From a virus (taxonomy: Duplodnaviria; Caudoviricetes): a stretch of 62,777 bases of DNA. Position numbers and translations under genes: made by a program. Shown piece by piece: positions 57,799 through 62,777 of the stretch. A model generated the notes under the pieces. It was not told where the DNA came from. It searched no databases and saw nothing but the letters and a program-made list of their open reading frames with translations. The stretch covers positions 1 to 62,777 of IMG/VR virus record IMGVR_UViG_3300022413_000011, one strand, 5' to 3'. Each line of letters starts with the position of its first letter. The first letter of the stretch is position 1.

Positions 57799-57803
57799 GA
57801 GCG

Positions 57804-58112
57804 ATGAAGGTGATGAAAGCAATAGTGTGGGTGAAAGATGGAGAAGCAACGTTTCTGGATGCCAAGAGCCCTGACGACATCCAGTTGGAAACAATCGACA
57901 TGCTTGGTGGTCATTTCCCCCTGACAGACCTTTTCTCTAGGTCTGACGACATTGAGCAGGTGCAGGATTTCGTGGGCACGTTGCAAAACGGGCTACACGA
58001 GATAGGCATCATGACGAGGCGACTGGAATTTGCCGAAATCGACATAAAACCAGTCTACTGTGTGGGTTCTCGAATCATATCAAATTTAGTCCTATATTTA
58101 CACACAGGATAA
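57804..58112 (+). CDS. Hypothetical protein
   Basis: AAGGAG RBS. Confidence 0.7.
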   Translation: MKVMKAIVWVKDGEATFLDAKSPDDIQLETIDMLGGHFPLTDLFSRSDDIEQVQDFVGTLQNGLHEIGIMTRRLEFAEIDIKPVYCVGSRIISNLVLYLHTG

Positions 58113-58123
58113 GGAGGGTAGCA

Positions 58124-59089
58124 ATGAACAAAATCACACTGACGGACAGCGTGTACCCTGTTGGAGCCGACTTGGGAAACGGTTTTGTTAACCTATACAT
58201 GCAGGACCGACACGCTGGCCTACCGGCTGGATACATGCTCGAGAAACCCACAGGCCCATACGACCCCAAGCGCATGTCATACAAATCCCCAAAGGCGCAA
58301 GAGATTGTCGTCAACGATAAAACCGTATGGGTTGGCCGCGATACTCTCACTGACAAGATGGTGAGATACCTGGACGACACAAAGTACGACAAAGAGCATC
58401 TTCGTATCCTGTTCAGTGCAGGGTTGGCAGAATGGCTTTCCCTGACGAAGGCAAGCACCGAAGAAACGCTACGTCTACGCGTGGCATGTGGGATGCCAGC
58501 CGAAAAGTTCCAGGACCCCAAGAACCGCGCGCTTGCCGAGAAAGCGTACAAGGCTGCTTTTAAGGTGACTAACTCGGACCAGTGGCGCATCACGGTCGGT
58601 GGCAAAAGGATACGTCTGCTGACCGAGTTTGCTGGACTCAGACCCGAGACCGTTGGGTACGCTTGCGTAAGCAAGTTGCACAAAGGGTACACGGTGTTGA
58701 TGGACTGTGGTGCGGGAACCGTCGATGTGTGTGTGTTCCATAGCTCCCAACAGAAAACCCCCATAACTGTAAAATCCTTCAACATAGGGCTCATACACGC
58801 GTTTGACGACATCAACCCCATGCAGATGGACCTACCAGAACTCCTTCTGATTCGTAAGGAGATTGATCCATCGGTACTTAACCCGTACGTGGCGCAAATC
58901 AAGACGCTGACCACAAAGTTCTGTCGCAGGCTCGAAGTGAAGGGGCAGGAAATCAGGGTAAAAATTATTGGGGGCTTGCCTCACCTGATGAGCAAGGAGC
59001 AGCGCGCGTCTCTCTCAATGGGGATACCAGTCGTGTTTGGTGATGCTGGAGAAAACGCGCGGGCGTTTGCTAACTACGCTGGAGAGTAG
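58124..59089 (+). CDS. parM: Actin-like partition ATPase (ParM/StbA family)
   Basis: Phosphate-1 GADLGNGFVN, connect ACGMP and RPET, phosphate-2 MDCGAGTVD, adenosine IIGG. Confidence 0.85.
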   Translation: MNKITLTDSVYPVGADLGNGFVNLYMQDRHAGLPAGYMLEKPTGPYDPKRMSYKSPKAQEIVVNDKTVWVGRDTLTDKMVRYLDDTKYDKEHLRILFSAGLAEWLSLTKASTEETLRLRVACGMPAEKFQDPKNRALAEKAYKAAFKVTNSDQWRITVGGKRIRLLTEFAGLRPETVGYACVSKLHKGYTVLMDCGAGTVDVCVFHSSQQKTPITVKSFNIGLIHAFDDINPMQMDLPELLLIRKEIDPSVLNPYVAQIKTLTTKFCRRLEVKGQEIRVKIIGGLPHLMSKEQRASLSMGIPVVFGDAGENARAFANYAGE

Positions 59090-59097
59090 GGGTCCTG

Positions 59098-59155
59098 TCC
59101 CTAAATCCGTCGAAAATGGGATGGGTGCATCCCTAAATCCGTCAAGAACGGGATG
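59098..59155. repeat. Two 26-bp direct repeats between parM and the downstream gene
   Basis: TCCCTAAATCCGTCGAAAATGGGATG / TCCCTAAATCCGTCAAGAACGGGATG, period 32. Confidence 0.85.
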
Positions 59156-59159
59156 AAAA

Positions 59160-59435
59160 ATGGAAATCAGGTTCAGATTAGATGCCGTGGTAGATGTAAA
59201 ATTTTTGGAGAAATTCTCTCCCCTGGTGAACGCTGGTGCTTCACAGGGGGACGCGTTCCGCGCGTCTCTGCAACAACTACTACTAGAGGCAGAGAGGGGT
59301 GGCGTGATACTGGCCCTGTCCAGTCAGCCCCCAATGGTCAACAACTACGCCACACCGAGCACCAGCATGGGGAAGGCTGTGGAGACAGACTCCGACCCAT
59401 TTGATGTGGATTTTGACGATATTGTAATCAGTTAA
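59160..59435 (+). CDS. Putative ParR-like adaptor
   Basis: Small gene after parM; EIRFRLD beta-strand, helices, acidic disordered tail. Confidence 0.55.
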   Translation: MEIRFRLDAVVDVKFLEKFSPLVNAGASQGDAFRASLQQLLLEAERGGVILALSSQPPMVNNYATPSTSMGKAVETDSDPFDVDFDDIVIS

Positions 59436-59451
59436 AAACAAAGGAGACACT

Positions 59452-59886
59452 ATGAATGCACTGAGAACCTTAATCGTGGTTATGACATTTTTCATAATCA
59501 TTGGCGTTAGTGGGGCTGGAGCCCAAGGAAACCAGGGGGTCAATTTCGACCTCTGCCCACTAATCAATGACGTTGTCTTCTGCCCCTTTGATGAGTTTGG
59601 GCATGTTTACTGGGAACCTGCCGATGAGCCCGGAAATCCAGTCGTCAAACCTTGTGGCTTGAACGGCTGCTATTACGTCCTCCCGTCGTGTGGCACAATC
59701 GGGTGCCAGGTGGAATACAAGGCATGGGGTGGCAACAGTAAGGGCGAACTCAAGGAGTGGGCCGTCTCCATCTTTGTTGGGTTCGAAGGGGTGGCGCAAT
59801 ATCACCCAATCGCTGTCCCCGACCAGGGGTTGAGAACCTTCCTTCCAGCAGTCAAAAATCAGCCAGAACCAATTTTCACACCGTAG
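59452..59886 (+). CDS. Secreted Cys-rich protein with C-terminal TFLPAV motif
   Basis: Signal peptide (AGA-Q); LRTFLPAVKNQ; AAGGAG RBS. Confidence 0.8.
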   Translation: MNALRTLIVVMTFFIIIGVSGAGAQGNQGVNFDLCPLINDVVFCPFDEFGHVYWEPADEPGNPVVKPCGLNGCYYVLPSCGTIGCQVEYKAWGGNSKGELKEWAVSIFVGFEGVAQYHPIAVPDQGLRTFLPAVKNQPEPIFTP

Positions 59887-59893
59887 TCGTTCT

Positions 59894-59977
59894 GAGGGCA
59901 TAGCTCAATGGGAGAGCGACACTGAGGTTGGGTCCCTCTGTACTGTGTAGATGTGGGTTCGATTCCTACTGCCCTCG
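59894..59977 (+). tRNA. tRNA-like element with an enlarged anticodon arm (identity undetermined)
   Basis: Acceptor GAGGGCA/TGCCCTC, D-arm TAGCTCAATGGGAGAGC, T-arm GTGGG-TTCGATT-CCTAC; no encoded CCA. Confidence 0.7.
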
Positions 59978-59992
59978 TTTTAAGGAGACATC

Positions 59993-60325
59993 ATGATAAA
60001 AGTTTTACTGACAGCCCTGTTCCTGCTTATCTCCCTGCTCGCGTACGTGTCCTCCGTGGCCATAGAGAGTCACAACAGGGCCTACGTGGACGTGGAGGTG
60101 AGCAAGCAGGTCACCCAACAAACAGGCATCGAATGGGATGGCAGGGTTAGAATAGCCGAAATCGAGGCAAGTAGGGACGTAAGTGTTGCCGAGATACACA
60201 GGGACGAGGTTGTTTGGTCTAGCTGGGCCTGGAACGTGGGCAGCGTTATCCGTGGCCTCCTATGGGTTCTGGCCACGGTCGCCTGCCTGTACCTAATCCT
60301 GCTATATTCCAGGACATTCTCGTAG
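59993..60325 (+). CDS. Membrane protein (N- and C-terminal TM)
   Basis: AAGGAG RBS; two hydrophobic segments. Confidence 0.7.
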   Translation: MIKVLLTALFLLISLLAYVSSVAIESHNRAYVDVEVSKQVTQQTGIEWDGRVRIAEIEASRDVSVAEIHRDEVVWSSWAWNVGSVIRGLLWVLATVACLYLILLYSRTFS

Positions 60326-60338
60326 GGGGTCAGCGCAC

Positions 60339-60791
60339 ATGGACAAACAGGGACCAGAGTGGGGCTACACCCCCAAACCGTTCGAATTCCACGGTAGGAT
60401 GATGTACAAGAAGTGCTGGTTCTGCGCAACCTGGACGGACCCCGAAATAGAGCATGTTCTTAGCCATGTGCCCCCCGAAGGGCTCCAGGAGTGGATTTGT
60501 GGAGACTGTAAGGAGGGACTGGCCACTAAAAAGGCCAACTCAAAGGAAAGGAGGAGAGAACTCATAAGGATGCTCAAGGACGGACCCCTGACCGTCTCGG
60601 AGGCAGCAGAGGAACTCGGCGTCGTCTGGGCTATGGCAAACAGGGACATGGTCTCCCTGTGTGAACATAAATTCGCCAAGGAAACGGAAGTAAACGGCAA
60701 AAAAGCCGTGGAATTACGTGAGATAGACGGAAATATTGAAGAAATGCTCGAAAAGTACGAAGAAACCATTAGAAAACGCCGCGAGGCGTGA
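60339..60791 (+). CDS. Zn-finger plus winged-helix protein
   Basis: CWFC...CGDC; GPLTVSEAAEELGV. Confidence 0.7.
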   Translation: MDKQGPEWGYTPKPFEFHGRMMYKKCWFCATWTDPEIEHVLSHVPPEGLQEWICGDCKEGLATKKANSKERRRELIRMLKDGPLTVSEAAEELGVVWAMANRDMVSLCEHKFAKETEVNGKKAVELREIDGNIEEMLEKYEETIRKRREA

Positions 60792-60801
60792 AAGGACACT
60801 T

Positions 60802-61539
60802 ATGGAACACCTTCTAACAGGATTCGACATCGAAATAGCCACAAAACTGCCCGATGGCAAGCGCGATTGGACCATCTACTCCCCCGGAGTGACCTGCGCA
60901 GTCACAATGGACCACGAAAGCGTGCTGAAGAACAGAGACCCGGGAGTCTGGTACGGGACTGGCAAACACGGGGTAACAGCAGCGCAAATGAGCCCCGTCG
61001 AGGTCCGAAACTTGATGGATTGCATCATTGACTCGGCTGTGGGCCAGACAGCAAGCCGAAAAATCGTAACATGGAACGGTCTGTCCTTCGACTTCCCTGT
61101 GTTACTCAAGGAGGCTGGCAGATACGGTGATGAGATAGCCGACACCTGGAAACATATCGCCATTGCGCACCATATCGACCTGATGTATATGGTCGTATCA
61201 AAGGCTGGCCACTATCTGGCCCTGGACAAAGCCCTGAAGGGGGCTGGACTCGAGGGAAAAACGCCAGGAGTGGATGGAGCACTGGCACCGGAGATGTGGA
61301 AGGAAGGGAAATACGCCGAGGTAATCGAATACTGCGTCCAGGATGTTAAGCAAACCCTCCTGCTAGCCGATTGGGTCAACAAAAACAAGAAAATCGCCTG
61401 GACATCGGGCGCAGGGAACCTAACAGGCGTCCAGTTCCCTAACGGACTCCTGACCGTCTACGAGTGCATGAGCATACGTGGCCCAGATGAACCCCTGGTG
61501 GACCGAACCGCGGCCATGCGCTGGATGGAGGAAATATAA
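60802..61539 (+). CDS. RNase H-like 3'-5' exonuclease (DEDD family)
   Basis: FDIE, WNGLSFDFP, HIDL, YCVQDV. Confidence 0.85.
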   Translation: MEHLLTGFDIEIATKLPDGKRDWTIYSPGVTCAVTMDHESVLKNRDPGVWYGTGKHGVTAAQMSPVEVRNLMDCIIDSAVGQTASRKIVTWNGLSFDFPVLLKEAGRYGDEIADTWKHIAIAHHIDLMYMVVSKAGHYLALDKALKGAGLEGKTPGVDGALAPEMWKEGKYAEVIEYCVQDVKQTLLLADWVNKNKKIAWTSGAGNLTGVQFPNGLLTVYECMSIRGPDEPLVDRTAAMRWMEEI

Positions 61540-61886
61540 TGGCCCACGAAAACCTGATGGACGCAAAATTCAAGAACATGCTGAAAGGGCACGACGACGG
61601 ATACCTTTACGCTGTAGTCGAGAACGGAGCACTCACGGTACACCCAGTCGTGTGGGATGTGCCAGAAGGCACCATCCCCCGTGAGTTACTCCTGGTGGCC
61701 TACCAGTTGGACCTGATGAGAGAAGAGGAGTCCCTATCCTGGGAACGGAGCGAGGAAGGACTGGGCGTACGCTGGCACGATGAAAACAAATTCGTGCTCC
61801 TGGAGAATGTTGGAATTAGCAAGGAAATAGGATTTTATGTGAAGCCCCTGTTCCCAAATGAGGAGGACATATCCAAGGGCTACTAA
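61539..61886 (+). CDS. Hypothetical protein
   Basis: TAATG coupling, GGAGG RBS. Confidence 0.7.
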   Translation: MAHENLMDAKFKNMLKGHDDGYLYAVVENGALTVHPVVWDVPEGTIPRELLLVAYQLDLMREEESLSWERSEEGLGVRWHDENKFVLLENVGISKEIGFYVKPLFPNEEDISKGY

Positions 61887-61896
61887 AAACTCACTG

Positions 61897-61925
61897 TTGA
61901 CTAGCAGGAACATGTGTGATATGAT
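61897..61925 (+). promoter_or_regulatory. Sigma70-type promoter
   Basis: TTGACT-17 bp-TATGAT with TG. Confidence 0.75.
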
Positions 61926-61930
61926 TTGCG

Positions 61931-62086
61931 TGCCAATGTTTGTTCTCCGTAGCCCCACTTTCTCCTGTCGCAATTTAATGGGGTTCCGTGGCATGGCATT
62001 CTGATTTCTCCTTTAGGGTAATGTTGGTAGGATTATAGTTGATAGCAAAAGGGCCAGATCCATATGGATCTGGCCCTTTTGTTTTT
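61931..62086 (+). ncRNA. Candidate ~155-nt small RNA with three UUCUCC motifs
   Basis: Promoter-to-terminator unit with no credible plus-strand ORF. Confidence 0.45.
62046..62086. terminator. Perfect 36-bp palindrome, likely bidirectional terminator
   Basis: CAAAAGGGCCAGATCCAT-ATGGATCTGGCCCTTTTG then a T-run. Confidence 0.8.
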
Positions 62087-62218
62087 CACTAGAACCCATC
62101 ATGCACCCGGATATACTGGTCGCTTATTCCCAGTATTCCAGAAACCCATCATATATCATGACAATGGACCAGTCAACCCCCCTGGCGATTCCCTGCGTAC
62201 CGAAACATGACTTGACCG

Positions 62219-62340
62219 TAAAACACCCCTAAACATCCCACTAAAACATGACTAAAACACCCCTAAACATCCCTAAATAAATCCTAAACCCTAAAACCCC
62301 ATAATCTGCCCCCACTCGACTGAAAAACACCCCCTAAACT
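62219..62340. repeat. CCTAAA-rich repeat cluster
   Basis: TAAAACACCCCTAAACATCCC at 62219 and 62253; further CCTAAA copies up to 62338. Confidence 0.8.
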
Positions 62341-62777
62341 TATTTAGGAGTTCTTAAAATATGCCAATTCCTACGAAAAATCCTGAAATTGGGTCGCGCA
62401 CACCCCCGCGTCACTCACACATACCTACACGTGCTACACACGCACACCTACGCTCCCCACACACATGGGGAGACATGCCCACGTGATACACACGCAGACA
62501 TGGGTAACGCACATACAGGTAACACGTAGGTATACACACCCAAGCACAACCTGCCAACACGAACACATACGGGACACCCCCCTACTGCCCTCGCGTACGC
62601 ACGTAGGGGCACGCGCGCCCGTTGATATGAGGAAGGAATAGGGATGAGAGGGAGAAAGGGGAATGAACGAAGGGAGAAAGGGAGAATGGGGAGTTTGTAA
62701 TTGTGGGGGGATGCCCTCCTCTGCTGGATGGCTCCCCAAATCTCGAGCACCACCCCCCCCCACCCTAGCCCATTCGT

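Larger units (their letters stand above)
1..62777. mobile_element. Tailed dsDNA phage genome (siphovirus-like, probable phage-plasmid), incomplete at the left edge
   Basis: Contiguous terminase-portal-protease-capsid-tail-tape measure block, phage replication genes, ParM-like ATPase; no host housekeeping genes. Confidence 0.93.

Noticed and set aside
59098-59155. Mini-CRISPR array
   Set aside because: Only two imperfect copies separated by 6 bp
62219-62340. Plant telomere (CCCTAAA)n contamination
   Set aside because: Copies are interspersed and degenerate, not a tandem heptamer array, and the core also occurs beside parM
62434-62763. Minus-strand ORFs of 101-109 aa at the right end
   Set aside because: Low-complexity Val/Cys/Pro translations of dinucleotide-biased DNA; no coding evidence
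1-62777. Integrase/att sites, DNA polymerase, endolysin, terminal repeats
   Set aside because: No supporting motifs recognised by eye and the two ends do not overlap; these may lie outside the window

Overview
Most of the genome of a tailed (siphovirus-like) dsDNA phage. It begins inside a primase gene and ends in ~0.9 kb of non-coding DNA. 1-10.2 kb (+): replication/early genes (Toprim primase, initiator with internal iterons and DnaA boxes, beta-clamp, DNA methyltransferase, DnaB-like helicase, MazG-like, XRE, SSB). 10.2-47.9 kb (-): one morphogenesis block (TerS, TerL, portal, protease/scaffold, capsid, a large appendage cluster, tail tube, frameshifted chaperone, tape measure, Dit, tail tip and fibres). 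48-62 kb: accessory region (FtsK/SpoIIIE translocase module, secreted proteins, ParM-like actin plus adaptor, tRNA-like element, exonuclease). No integrase, DNA polymerase or endolysin was recognised. The actin partition module and a C4/CI-like antisense RNA suggest a plasmid prophage. Three secreted proteins ending in a 'Y/F-L-P-x-I/V'-like motif, plus an EAD1 domain, suggest a Chloroflexota host (inference). The best leads are the membrane-anchored EAD1 protein (possible immune decoy), the ParM plus TraB-like translocase combination, and several structured or antisense RNAs. All family calls come from motif recognition by eye; no searches were run.
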